Assembly (NCBI GenBank): GCA_903883965.1
Contig: CAISCU010000043.1
Span: forward strand, 64,050 to 128,049
From: an uncultured Bacteroidota bacterium
Lineage (GTDB): Bacteria > Bacteroidota > Bacteroidia > UKL13-3
Reading direction: 5' to 3'
DNA length: 64,000 bases
How positions within the stretch are numbered: the stretch's first letter is position 1; each line of letters opens with the position of its first letter. Below the pieces are notes generated by a model, which saw only the letters and a list, made by a program, of their open reading frames with translations, had not been told where the DNA came from and searched no databases. Shown piece after piece: positions 45,710-55,392 of the stretch. The position numbers and the translations under genes were made by a program.

Positions 45710-46671
45710 AGAATTGATTGAATTATTTTCTCAATACTAACACCCTCTGCTTCAGCTTTAAAATTTCTTATAATTCTGTGTTGCAAAATGGCCTCGGCAA
45801 TTGCTTTTACATCTTCCATATCTGGTGAGAATTTTCCGTGTAACAAGGCATGGCATTTAGCGCCAATGATTAAGAACTGACCCGCTCTTGGCCCAGCACC
45901 GTAACTCACGTAATCTTTGATGAAATTACTTGCAAATTCAGATTGAGGCCTGGTTTTGGCAACTAATTTTACGGCATATTCATACACATTATCTGGAACA
46001 GGAACCTTTCTTACCAGATCTTGAAAATAAAGTATTTCAGTTGCAGACATGATTTTCTTTACCTCAGTTGCTGCATTACCGGTTGTGTTTTTGATGATTG
46101 CAAGCTCATCTTGATAACTAGGATAGGTAAGGTTCAAGTTGAACATGAAACGGTCTAATTGAGCCTCTGGCAATGGGTAAGTTCCTTCTTGTTCAATTGG
46201 GTTTTGAGTAGCAAGAACAAAAAATGGTTGATCGAGTTGATGTGCAACACCTCCCACGGTAACAACCTTTTCTTGCATGGCTTCTAACAATGCTGCCTGT
46301 GTTTTTGGTGGAGTTCTGTTAATTTCATCAGCAAGAACAATGTTTGCAAACAAAGGCCCGCGTATGAATTTGAAACTTCTGTTTTCGCCCAAAATTTCAG
46401 CACCAGTAATGTCTCCTGGCATTAAATCAGGTGTAAATTGTATGCGGCTAAAATTTAAATCTAACACCTCTGAGATGGTTTTTACCAAAAGCGTTTTGGC
46501 CAAACCGGGCAAACCAATCAATAAACTATGTCCATTGGAGAAAATGGCAATCAATAATTTATTGACAATATCATCTTGGCCAATGATTACTTTTTTTATT
46601 TCGTTCTGAAGGGCTTCGGCCTTTTGATTGAAGGCAATTGCAGCCTCTTTGTCATTTGCATAACTCATCAT
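45706..46671 (-). CDS. MoxR-family AAA+ ATPase
   Basis: Walker A LLIGLPGLAKT, FSRIQFTPDLMPGDITG, Walker B VLADEINR, and QNPIEQEGTYPLPEAQLDRF. Confidence 0.88.
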   Translation of the reverse strand: MMSYANDKEAAIAFNQKAEALQNEIKKVIIGQDDIVNKLLIAIFSNGHSLLIGLPGLAKTLLVKTISEVLDLNFSRIQFTPDLMPGDITGAEILGENRSFKFIRGPLFANIVLADEINRTPPKTQAALLEAMQEKVVTVGGVAHQLDQPFFVLATQNPIEQEGTYPLPEAQLDRFMFNLNLTYPSYQDELAIIKNTTGNAATEVKKIMSATEILYFQDLVRKVPVPDNVYEYAVKLVAKTRPQSEFASNFIKDYVSYGAGPRAGQFLIIGAKCHALLHGKFSPDMEDVKAIAEAILQHRIIRNFKAEAEGVSIEKIIQSIL

Positions 46672-46672
46672 C

Positions 46673-48022
46673 TTATTTGTCTTTTGTTATCCAGTTGGCA
46701 ACTTCTGGGCAAGTTGCATAAGGGCCATTGATTTGAATATAAAACTGTTTTTTATTGTGTTCTATCCAATTGGTCAAAACAGTATTTTGTTTTTTTCTAA
46801 ATGCCAATTGTTGAAACTTCTGATAATCGTCTTTTAAGTTGGCAACATGTGGAGGCATTTCTGTTTTTAAGTAAAATACGCGCCAAGCCTTTTTCTTTTC
46901 AGGACCAGGTAGGTAGATGAGTTCGGGCTCTGAAATATCACCAGGTTTCATAGTTGAAATACTTAAGTAAATGGCCTTGTCTAATTCATCAACTGCAACA
47001 CGTGTGTTACCCATTCCTGCAGACCCAATAAAACCTCCGGTAGCTTTTGTTTCTTGGTCATCGGAGAATTTTTTAACAGCACTTTCAAACGTAAGTGAAT
47101 CCATTTTGATCAATTGTAAAATGCTGTCTGTTTTATGTTTGGCAAGTTCAAGATCTGAGCTGTAAGTTTTAGGCATGATTAAAATATGCCTTGCGTTCAC
47201 TTCTTCCCCTTTTCTTTGAATGGGTTGAATTAAATGGTAGCCAAAAGTGGTTTCAACTATTTTTGAAACGCTATCTGGCTTTAGTTTAAATGCTGCAGCT
47301 TCAAATTCGGGAACCATCATGCCTCTTCCAAAATAGCCAAGCTCTCCACCATTAGATGCTGAAGCTTTATCGTCAGAATAAATTACAGCTAAAGTGCTTA
47401 ATTTTTCACCACCTTCTACTATTCTTTTTCTGAGTTCAGCAATTTTTTCAAAAGCTGCCATTTTTGATTCTGCACTTATTTTGGGTTCTATAATGAGTTG
47501 AGCCAATTCTACTTCGGCACTGTAATAAGGCAAACTATCTGTTGGAATGGCATTGAAATAATTTTTAATATCGGTTGGGTTTACCCTTACGTCTTTGATG
47601 ATTTTACCTTGGATATCTTGAATCAATTGGCTGTTCTTGATGTTTTCTCTTTGTGCAGCTTTGATTTCTTGAATAGATTTGCCAGCAATTTCCTCTAATG
47701 CTTTTTCTCCTCCGTATTGCTTGGTAAAATATCGAATTCGGTCTTCAATTTCTGCATCAATTCTTTCTTCATTAACAGGTAAACTATCAACCAAGGCCTT
47801 AATTACCATGAGGTTTTCTATGAGTTTCTGTTTAAAAATATCGCAACGAAGGGTGTCGCTATCTTTTCCTATTTGCTTGCTGATTTGTTCTTGAGCAATT
47901 TCAATATCAGATCTTAAAATTACCCTGTCGGCAACTACCCCAATGATTTCATCAAGTATTTGTGCTTTTGTGGATAATCCAATTGCTAAAAATGCAATGA
48001 GCGTAATGAGGATTTTTTTCAT
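46673..48022 (-). CDS. periplasmic SurA-like peptidyl-prolyl isomerase (parvulin/PpiC domains)
   Basis: Signal peptide MKKILITLIAFLAIGLSTKAQ, a SurA-N-like chaperone region, and parvulin motifs GGELGYFGRGMMVPEFEAAAF and FGYHLIQ. Confidence 0.8.
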   Translation of the reverse strand: MKKILITLIAFLAIGLSTKAQILDEIIGVVADRVILRSDIEIAQEQISKQIGKDSDTLRCDIFKQKLIENLMVIKALVDSLPVNEERIDAEIEDRIRYFTKQYGGEKALEEIAGKSIQEIKAAQRENIKNSQLIQDIQGKIIKDVRVNPTDIKNYFNAIPTDSLPYYSAEVELAQLIIEPKISAESKMAAFEKIAELRKRIVEGGEKLSTLAVIYSDDKASASNGGELGYFGRGMMVPEFEAAAFKLKPDSVSKIVETTFGYHLIQPIQRKGEEVNARHILIMPKTYSSDLELAKHKTDSILQLIKMDSLTFESAVKKFSDDQETKATGGFIGSAGMGNTRVAVDELDKAIYLSISTMKPGDISEPELIYLPGPEKKKAWRVFYLKTEMPPHVANLKDDYQKFQQLAFRKKQNTVLTNWIEHNKKQFYIQINGPYATCPEVANWITKDK

Positions 48023-48184
48023 ACAATAACTGGTATCTGAACTAAGAAAATTGTCAGATAAATTTGAGGTAAATATAACAAAGCTCTTCGTAAATATGTC
48101 ATCTAATTTTCAATAGCCGTGACAAAAAATGAAAGGGTTTTTAAATTATTTACTTCTTAAGAGAATATTAACATTTGATTCCCA

Positions 48185-48192
48185 TACATTTG
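48185..48192 (+). promoter_or_regulatory. Bacteroidota -7 promoter box TACATTTG
   Basis: Exact TAnnTTTG match 21 nt upstream of ATG 48214. A second match, TAAATTTG at 48059-48066, lies further upstream. Confidence 0.5.
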
Positions 48193-48213
48193 AAATTGAT
48201 AAAGGTGTATTTT

Positions 48214-51200
48214 ATGAGAAAAAATTTACAAAAGACTTTTCGGTTCATTGGCTTGTTTGTGATGCTATTGTTGGTATTTACTGCAAAACAATCTAAGGCA
48301 TCGCACATTGTAGGGGGAGACTTAACCTACCAATGCGTGAGCTCAACACCCGGTATTTACTATGTAGAATACAAATGGTACCGCGATTGTGTGGGTATTC
48401 CAATGTGTGGATGTGGAGCTACTGGTCCGTTGGATCCAGCTTGTAGCATTAATATTGACATTGTTGCTGCAGATGGTAACTGTGCAGGGCAATCGTTTGC
48501 TCAACAAAAATTAACAGTTGTTCCCAATACCAGTGCGTATGATGTCATTCAACTTTGTGCCATGTCAACTACTGTTTGTAGTAATTGTGGTACCAGAACA
48601 CCAGGTTCTTTTACGCCAGGTATTGAAATTTTCACATTCAGGGGTACAATCAATTTAGCTTCACTCACTTCAGACCCAACCTGTTGTAAATTCAACATTG
48701 GATTTAGCGATTGTTGCAGAAATGCAGCCATAACTACATTTTTAAACCCAAGTAGTTTGAGTTTCTATTCTGGAGGAACGCTTAATAGGTGTATGGCACC
48801 TTGTAACTCTGCACCAGCATTTACGAATGATCCGGTAGCAATTACCTGTGCAGGTCAAGAGTTTACTTATAACTTAGGAGCAATTGACCCTGATGGTGAT
48901 TCATTGAGTTATGCATTTGGTCAATCACTAACGGGTGCAGGAGTTTCTGTTCCTTATGCACCACCTTATACTGCCAACATTCCATTTCCTGTGAGGGGAG
49001 TAAATACACCACCCAATCCTACGGTCAATGTCTGTGAACCATTGTTACCTGTAATGGGTTTTTGTATTGACCCTATTACAGGAGATATTCGGTTTTACCC
49101 TAATGGTGCTTTTGTGGCCAACTTGGTAATAGAGGTAAAGCAGTGGAAATATGTCAATGGCGTTCCAACCTTAGCTGGTGTAACCCGAAGGGACATTCAG
49201 TTTTATAGTATTACATGTGCGGCTAACAACCCACCAGTTATTAAGGTATATGACCCCAATACTGGATTGCCTGTTCCGGGTAATAAGTTCTATACTTGTG
49301 CCAACAAAGAATTGTGTTTAATTATAGCCGCAGCCGATGATACCAAAGGTTGGGATACCACAGATTTAAAGTGGAACAACCCCGTTACTATGGTTTCTAC
49401 AGGGGCAACATTTAAACCATTGTACAATGTGGCACAAAGAAATGTGCAGGGTCCTAAAAGAGATAGCTTTTTATTTTGTTGGACTCCTCCTGCAGACAAA
49501 GCAACCAGCTTGCCACACTATTTCATTGTAACAGCTAAAGATAGAATGTGCCCTGTACCAGCAAGGTCAAGTAAATCATTTGCAATTACGGTAGGCAAAA
49601 TTCCACAAGCTGTCATAAATAAAGTAGATAAGCGCTGTGGCAACTATGAATTTTCATTTGCCATCACCAATAATATGACCGTTAACAATACCTATACTCA
49701 GATTAGGGTAGAAACGGCACCTTATTCAGACACCTATACAACTTATACCGGAACAACCCCTACAACATCACCTCCTCCAGGTTCACCGGCAGTTGGTACT
49801 TTTATTAAACACAGGTTTACCAAATCGGGTTGGCATAAAATCAGGTTGCGATTAACCAATGTGGCACCAATAGGTCAGGATTGTCCGAATGACAAAATTG
49901 TAGACTCTGTTTACATACCTGAGCTCATTAAAGCGAGCATCCGTGATACATTTAATTGTTACGGTGTTCCAGTAAAAGTTCAAGGAAATACTAAAGGTGG
50001 AACTCCATTTGCTGGTATACCGGGTTTTTACAGATATAACTATTATTTGGGAGATATGACTTCTCAAAATTTGTTGGTTAAAAATGTTCCATCTCCTGGA
50101 GGATCTTTGGCCGACTCTAATGCATTCTTAAACCCTACCAATGCAGGAAATACAACTACTTACAAAATTCTAGTTTCGGATAACTATGGTTGTAAAGACT
50201 CTGTACCTTTATCAATATTTACAAGAAATTTGCCAAAAAGAGAGTTGCCAACTTCTATTAGAATTTGTTCTGGTGCAAGTGATACTTTAGATGCTGGAAC
50301 AAGCAACCAAACTGTTGGTAATTGGACTTGGAGAAAATCGCCAGCATATCCTGTTTTAAAAGACTCATTGTCTCAATTTGTATTTCCTTCAGATAGTGGA
50401 AGGTATTATGTTACCAAAGTTGACACTTGGGGATGTATTCGATTAGATTCATCGGATGTTTTTGTAAACAAAGTGGTTCCTGTTTACGCTGGAAAGAATG
50501 ATACCATTTGCTTTAAAGATCCGCCATTGGTGTTAAAGGCTATTGGCACCACCGCTGCAATAGATAGTTTTCAGTGGAGCAAAATGCCAATTACCCTTGA
50601 CAGTACAATTATTTCAAGGGCAGATACCCTGGCCATTACCCCAGAAAAAACCTCTTCATATAGAGTGAAAGGCTTTATTACCTACCAAGGAGTTACTTGC
50701 TCTAACGTGGATACAATAATTGTAGCTGTGAATCCATTGCCAGTAATTGATCCTGTGACACCGATTGTTCTTTGTAAAACCTCTTTCAGCTCTATTAGTT
50801 TACCTAGAATAGACGCAACAAATACACCAGATGTGCTCAATATTTGGACTTATCCATTGAACCCTGCTGCAATTACTGGAGGAGACCAATTGAACACAAA
50901 CAAACTCATGAATTTACCTTCTGAATCAGATTTGTATCCTTATGGAAACTACATCAATTTAGAAATCAAAGACAAGAACAAATGTTCTATTCGTGACTCA
51001 TTATTGGTTGCCATATTCCCAGTGCCTAGAGCAGATGCGGGTGTGAGCAAAACATTTTGTGACAATCAATCTACAAAGGTCATTACCTTACCTGTTAAAG
51101 TAGCAACATCTAGCGCTGAAACATGGACAGGTAGAGGGGTTGTAAAAACCTCAGCATTAAATACCTATGGGTTTGATATCAATGCAAAAGATGTAAAGTT

Positions 51201-53127
51201 TGCGCCAGATACAAATATCTTAACGTATACATCTAAAGTTCAATTCTTTCCAACCATGGAAGTTGTGTTGAACCCTGATGTAAAAGGTGTTTATGTAACA
51301 TCACCACCAAATGGCTGTCCTGCTATGGATACTACAGTTTATGTTGTTATTAAAACGCCACTTTTAGATCCAGGAATTGAACCATTTATTTGCTTGTCTA
51401 ATGGTGTAGTAGATTTACAAAAGGAAATCAAACAAAGAGACACTACTACCAACAGTTATTGGGAATTTGCCCCTTCAGATATTGCATATAAACCTGCATT
51501 AACCCAAAGAAGGTATTTTGACCCAGGAAATGCTGTTATTAGCTCTCCTGCCAATCCGTTAACCATTCCTACTCAGTTCCATTTGTTATACAAAAACGAC
51601 GCAACTGGCTGTTTGGTAGAAAAGCCAATTAATGTAACAGTTACTCCTAATCCAGATGTTAAATTAGTGGTTTCCGATTCGGCTGTTTGTACCAATGATG
51701 CAACAACCAATTTCACCATTTACTCTTCTATTTCAAATGCTGAACCTGCAGATATAAGCGGTACTACTTTGACCACAGTTCCTAGTAACATTATGCCGGC
51801 TCTTCAGACTTATACAGGTAGAGCTACTCTTGATTTAACTAAAAAGGATGTGACGGCAGGTCTCTATAAATTGTATTTTAATTATGTTGACCCAGTTACT
51901 GGTTGTATCAATGCGGATACCAATCAAATTAGAATTCAAACGCCGCCTGAAGTGCAATTGCCAACAGATCAGACTCTGTGCGAATATGAGGCCAACCTCT
52001 TTACAATTACACCTGTAAAGAGCCCAATGGATCCACCATATAGCATTGCATGGACTACTCCTGATGGAACGCAGGCTAATATAATAACTAGCCCAACAGG
52101 CATGACTTACACTGCAACAAACCAAGACAAAACCAATAAAAAAGTAACTTTTAGAGCTAGCTCTCAATTTAATAATTTTAACCTACCAATTGGTTCTTAT
52201 ACTTTTGAAGATGCTTGTGCAACTTATCCAGCATTTGATGAAATGGTATTCAATATCAAACCAAAACCTTTTGCTGATTTTACTGTACCTGCAAGCGTTT
52301 GCGTTGATCCAGGTCAGTTAGATGCTACATTTACCGCATTACCAACCAATGTAACTAGTCCTAAATATTTCTGGTTTGAGGGTAGTGTGTCTGGAACCCC
52401 ATTAAACAGCAACCCTGCTTCAGACAATGTATTTGCTAAAACTTATACCAAAGCAGGAAGAACCAATGTGTTTTTAATGGTAGAACAAGATGGTTGTTTT
52501 GATACTGCTACGCATGTAATTGAAGCTTACCCAACGCCAACCGCTGAATTCTCACATTTGCCTTACACCACAACCATTGCTAACCCTTACTATAGTTTTA
52601 ACAATGAAAGTGATCCTAATTCAGGCTTGTATTCTAATTTAGTGTATGCATGGAATTTTGGAAAAGGTAAACCTGCAAGCTCATCAGACTATTCAGCTGT
52701 TAGTCCACAAAATGTTCAGTTTCCACCAGATACCTCTAACCACTACGTGACATTGATTGCTAAAAACGAATGGGGTTGTGCCGATACGGTTACGCACACT
52801 GTAAAAGTTGAACCAGACATTACCGTGTTTATTCCTTCAGCTTTTTATCCAAATAGTAATGTAGATTGTAAGCCTGTTTCATTCCAAGACGACTGTAACA
52901 AAACATTCAAAATTGTTGCCGATGGAATTGAATCAATTGACATTATGGTATTTGACAGATGGGGACAAATGGTATTCAGAACCAACGACGTTAAAATTGG
53001 TTGGAATGGAACCGATATGAAAACCAACCAAGACTGTCAACAAGATGCGTATATTTATCAAGTAAATGCTACCAGTTCGGGTGGTAAAAAATACAGCTAC
53101 TCAGGTTCGGTTATCTTGTTTAGGTAA
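48214..53127 (+). CDS. giant (1637 aa) secreted adhesin-like protein with T9SS type B C-terminal sorting domain
   Basis: Signal peptide MRKNLQKTFRFIGLFVMLLLVFTAKQSKA, then SHIVGGDLTYQC and a Cys-rich N-module, a DPDGDSLSY cadherin-like motif, and Ig/PKD-like repeats. C-terminus IMVFDRWGQMVFRTNDVKIGWNG...DAYIYQV...GSVILFR. Confidence 0.82.
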   Translation: MRKNLQKTFRFIGLFVMLLLVFTAKQSKASHIVGGDLTYQCVSSTPGIYYVEYKWYRDCVGIPMCGCGATGPLDPACSINIDIVAADGNCAGQSFAQQKLTVVPNTSAYDVIQLCAMSTTVCSNCGTRTPGSFTPGIEIFTFRGTINLASLTSDPTCCKFNIGFSDCCRNAAITTFLNPSSLSFYSGGTLNRCMAPCNSAPAFTNDPVAITCAGQEFTYNLGAIDPDGDSLSYAFGQSLTGAGVSVPYAPPYTANIPFPVRGVNTPPNPTVNVCEPLLPVMGFCIDPITGDIRFYPNGAFVANLVIEVKQWKYVNGVPTLAGVTRRDIQFYSITCAANNPPVIKVYDPNTGLPVPGNKFYTCANKELCLIIAAADDTKGWDTTDLKWNNPVTMVSTGATFKPLYNVAQRNVQGPKRDSFLFCWTPPADKATSLPHYFIVTAKDRMCPVPARSSKSFAITVGKIPQAVINKVDKRCGNYEFSFAITNNMTVNNTYTQIRVETAPYSDTYTTYTGTTPTTSPPPGSPAVGTFIKHRFTKSGWHKIRLRLTNVAPIGQDCPNDKIVDSVYIPELIKASIRDTFNCYGVPVKVQGNTKGGTPFAGIPGFYRYNYYLGDMTSQNLLVKNVPSPGGSLADSNAFLNPTNAGNTTTYKILVSDNYGCKDSVPLSIFTRNLPKRELPTSIRICSGASDTLDAGTSNQTVGNWTWRKSPAYPVLKDSLSQFVFPSDSGRYYVTKVDTWGCIRLDSSDVFVNKVVPVYAGKNDTICFKDPPLVLKAIGTTAAIDSFQWSKMPITLDSTIISRADTLAITPEKTSSYRVKGFITYQGVTCSNVDTIIVAVNPLPVIDPVTPIVLCKTSFSSISLPRIDATNTPDVLNIWTYPLNPAAITGGDQLNTNKLMNLPSESDLYPYGNYINLEIKDKNKCSIRDSLLVAIFPVPRADAGVSKTFCDNQSTKVITLPVKVATSSAETWTGRGVVKTSALNTYGFDINAKDVKFAPDTNILTYTSKVQFFPTMEVVLNPDVKGVYVTSPPNGCPAMDTTVYVVIKTPLLDPGIEPFICLSNGVVDLQKEIKQRDTTTNSYWEFAPSDIAYKPALTQRRYFDPGNAVISSPANPLTIPTQFHLLYKNDATGCLVEKPINVTVTPNPDVKLVVSDSAVCTNDATTNFTIYSSISNAEPADISGTTLTTVPSNIMPALQTYTGRATLDLTKKDVTAGLYKLYFNYVDPVTGCINADTNQIRIQTPPEVQLPTDQTLCEYEANLFTITPVKSPMDPPYSIAWTTPDGTQANIITSPTGMTYTATNQDKTNKKVTFRASSQFNNFNLPIGSYTFEDACATYPAFDEMVFNIKPKPFADFTVPASVCVDPGQLDATFTALPTNVTSPKYFWFEGSVSGTPLNSNPASDNVFAKTYTKAGRTNVFLMVEQDGCFDTATHVIEAYPTPTAEFSHLPYTTTIANPYYSFNNESDPNSGLYSNLVYAWNFGKGKPASSSDYSAVSPQNVQFPPDTSNHYVTLIAKNEWGCADTVTHTVKVEPDITVFIPSAFYPNSNVDCKPVSFQDDCNKTFKIVADGIESIDIMVFDRWGQMVFRTNDVKIGWNGTDMKTNQDCQQDAYIYQVNATSSGGKKYSYSGSVILFR

Positions 53128-53146
53128 CCAATGAATGGTCTCAAAT

Positions 53147-53187
53147 AAAAATGGGCGGCTTCACAAAGTGAAGCCGCCCATTTTTAT
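53147..53187. terminator. strong bidirectional rho-independent terminator
   Basis: AAAAATGGGCGGCTTCA-CAAAG-TGAAGCCGCCCATTTTT between convergent genes. Confidence 0.88.
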
Positions 53188-53202
53188 TTGAAGCTATTTG
53201 AA

Positions 53203-54576
53203 TTATTCCAATTCAATTTTCTCTTCTTCTTTTATTTGGGCAAATCCTCCCCATACATTTTTAACATTGGTAAACCCATGTTTTTTAAACAAACTAGCTG
53301 CCATCATGCTTCTGTATCCACCAGCACAATGTACCAAACATTCAGCATGTTTGTCGAGTCCTTCTACCTGCTGTTGCAGCAGATCCAAAGGCATGTTTTG
53401 AGCTTTTTTGACGTGCCCATCCTTAAATTCTGATGGCTTGCGTACGTCTATTATTATGGCATTGGGATTGTGTTTGGCATCTAATGCAAATTCTTCTGAT
53501 GAAATAGATATGACCATGTCATATTTTTTATGGTCATCTTTCCAGGTATCAAAACCACCTTCTAAAAATCCCAATATTTGATCAAATCCAACTCTGCTTA
53601 GGCGTGTAATTGTTTCTTCTTCGGTACCAGGTTTACAAACAAGTACAATGGTTTGGTGTAAATCTAAAAGGGTAGCAGCCCAAATGGCAAATTGTCCATT
53701 CAAGCCCAAGTTAATAGCTCCTGGTACAAAACCCAATTCAAAGAAATCGGGAATTCGGCTATCAACAACTACAGCACCTTTAGCCATGTATGCTTCAAAT
53801 TCAGAAATTGTTAAAGGAGTATTTCCCTTTTTTACAATTTCATCGTATTGGGTATAACCATTTTTATTGAGCGCTGCATCTTTAAAGAAATAGGCGGGTG
53901 CTGGGCTTATACCGGCACATACGGTGTTTATAAATTCTGACTTATCTGTTATTTTTAAGGCATAGTTGTTGGCTTTCTGAAGGCCAATTGTGCTACTGGT
54001 TTCTTTTCCGATATTTTTACCACATGCAGAGCCGGCCCCATGGGCTGGGTATACAAGCACATCATCAGGCAATGCAGTGAGTTTTTTTAACGAATCAAAC
54101 ATCATTGCTGCAAGTTCCTCTTTGCTCATAACCCCGTCTAATAAATCTGGACGACCAACATCTCCCACAAATAGCGTGTCACCCGTAAAAACAGCCTGGT
54201 TTTTTCCATTTTCATCGCTCAATAAAAAGCAGGAGCTTTCCAGAGTATGACCGGGTGTATGCAATACCTTGATTTTTATTTTTCCAAGTTTAAATTCATC
54301 GCCATCATTGGCAACAGTTACTTTAAACCCTGTTTTGGTATTTGGTCCGTAAACTATTTCTGCTCCTGAATGTGCTGCCAAATCTATATGTCCACTTACA
54401 AAATCAGCATGAAAATGCGTTTCAAATACATATTTAATTTTAGCACCATTCAGCTTAGCTTTTTCAAGATAACTTTGGTAATCTCTCAACGGATCAATGA
54501 TAGCTGCCTCACCCTCACTTTCAATATAGTAAGCTGCTTGAGCCAGGCAATTGGTATAAATTTGTTCTATAATCAT
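53203..54576 (-). CDS. metallo-beta-lactamase-fold (persulfide dioxygenase-like) protein fused to two rhodanese domains
   Basis: MBL motif FETHFHADFVSGH and HTPGHT...GDTLFVGDVGRPD. C-terminal rhodanese active-site loop CLVHCAGGYRS, preceded by a second rhodanese-like domain. Confidence 0.8.
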   Translation of the reverse strand: MIIEQIYTNCLAQAAYYIESEGEAAIIDPLRDYQSYLEKAKLNGAKIKYVFETHFHADFVSGHIDLAAHSGAEIVYGPNTKTGFKVTVANDGDEFKLGKIKIKVLHTPGHTLESSCFLLSDENGKNQAVFTGDTLFVGDVGRPDLLDGVMSKEELAAMMFDSLKKLTALPDDVLVYPAHGAGSACGKNIGKETSSTIGLQKANNYALKITDKSEFINTVCAGISPAPAYFFKDAALNKNGYTQYDEIVKKGNTPLTISEFEAYMAKGAVVVDSRIPDFFELGFVPGAINLGLNGQFAIWAATLLDLHQTIVLVCKPGTEEETITRLSRVGFDQILGFLEGGFDTWKDDHKKYDMVISISSEEFALDAKHNPNAIIIDVRKPSEFKDGHVKKAQNMPLDLLQQQVEGLDKHAECLVHCAGGYRSMMAASLFKKHGFTNVKNVWGGFAQIKEEEKIELE

Positions 54577-54578
54577 GT

Positions 54579-55268
54579 TTAAAATAATTTTTTAGGTGTG
54601 GTACCAACAAAATCTTTCAAGTAAAAAGGTTCAATATAAGCAATGTCTGCAAATCTATTTTCTTGGAAACAATTGAAGGCTATACCAGCCATTCCCTTAA
54701 CAGATGAATAAATTTCATGCAGGTAAATTAAGTTTGTTGCATTGCAAATAGCTTTGAATTTTTCGGCACCAGAACCAAAAATAAAGCAATCACCTTTTGA
54801 AAGATACTCTTGAAAGCTAAATGCATCTAGAATAATCGGAGAAACGTCTTTTATTTTATTTAATGAAGCATCCCATACGCTTGTATATACTTCCATTCTT
54901 CTGGCATCTAATAAGGGAATTAAATAACCTTGGTTGTTAAAATCAGTGTGCTTACTCGCCTGATAGGCTAAAGACTCAAGTGTATCTATTGCAATCAATG
55001 GAATATTTAAAGCAAAACAATAGCCTTTTGCAGCAGACAAACCAACCCTTAATCCGGTATAGCTTCCGGGGCCTATACTAATTGCTATGGCATTGATTTG
55101 ATTTAAAGTGATTGTAGCTTTTTGAATGGCTTTTTCTACTAAGACCTGTAATTGAGATGCATGTGCGTTTTTGACGAAACTCTCCTCAACACATACCAAT
55201 TTACCATTGGATGCTATACCCACAGAACAAACATCTGTTGCTGTTTCAATTAAAAGAATTGTTGCCAT
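54579..55268 (-). CDS. tsaB: tRNA N6-threonylcarbamoyladenosine (t6A) biosynthesis protein TsaB
   Basis: MATILLIETATDVCSVGIA...ISIGPGSYTGLRVGLSAAKG. ATG 55268 is preferred; the track start 55280 is a TTG lying inside a -7 box. Confidence 0.82.
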   Translation of the reverse strand: MATILLIETATDVCSVGIASNGKLVCVEESFVKNAHASQLQVLVEKAIQKATITLNQINAIAISIGPGSYTGLRVGLSAAKGYCFALNIPLIAIDTLESLAYQASKHTDFNNQGYLIPLLDARRMEVYTSVWDASLNKIKDVSPIILDAFSFQEYLSKGDCFIFGSGAEKFKAICNATNLIYLHEIYSSVKGMAGIAFNCFQENRFADIAYIEPFYLKDFVGTTPKKLF

Positions 55269-55277
55269 TTTGAAGCT

Positions 55278-55285
55278 CAAAGGTA
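55278..55285 (-). promoter_or_regulatory. Bacteroidota -7 promoter box (TACCTTTG on minus strand)
   Basis: Plus strand CAAAGGTA, 9 nt upstream of ATG 55268. Confidence 0.45.
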
Positions 55286-55392
55286 GTCACTTTTGTATTG
55301 AAATTGCATGCTAGGAAAGTCTTAAAAATTTCCTATTGTTTTTTAAAATTTCAACGATGAAGGGAATTTGATTATCTTGCAGGGCTATTAAA

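Noticed and set aside
48023-48213. Invertible (phase-variable) promoter in front of the giant adhesin gene
   Set aside because: The only symmetric element is the short palindrome TCTTAAGA. No flanking inverted repeats of useful length were seen, and no site-specific recombinase is encoded in the window.
55313-55344. Terminator-like hairpin AGGAAA-N10-TTTCCT followed by ATTGTTTTTT in the tsaB/recJ divergent region
   Set aside because: The stem is only 6 bp, AT-rich, and has a 10-nt loop. There is no upstream plus-strand gene to terminate, so it is probably fortuitous.
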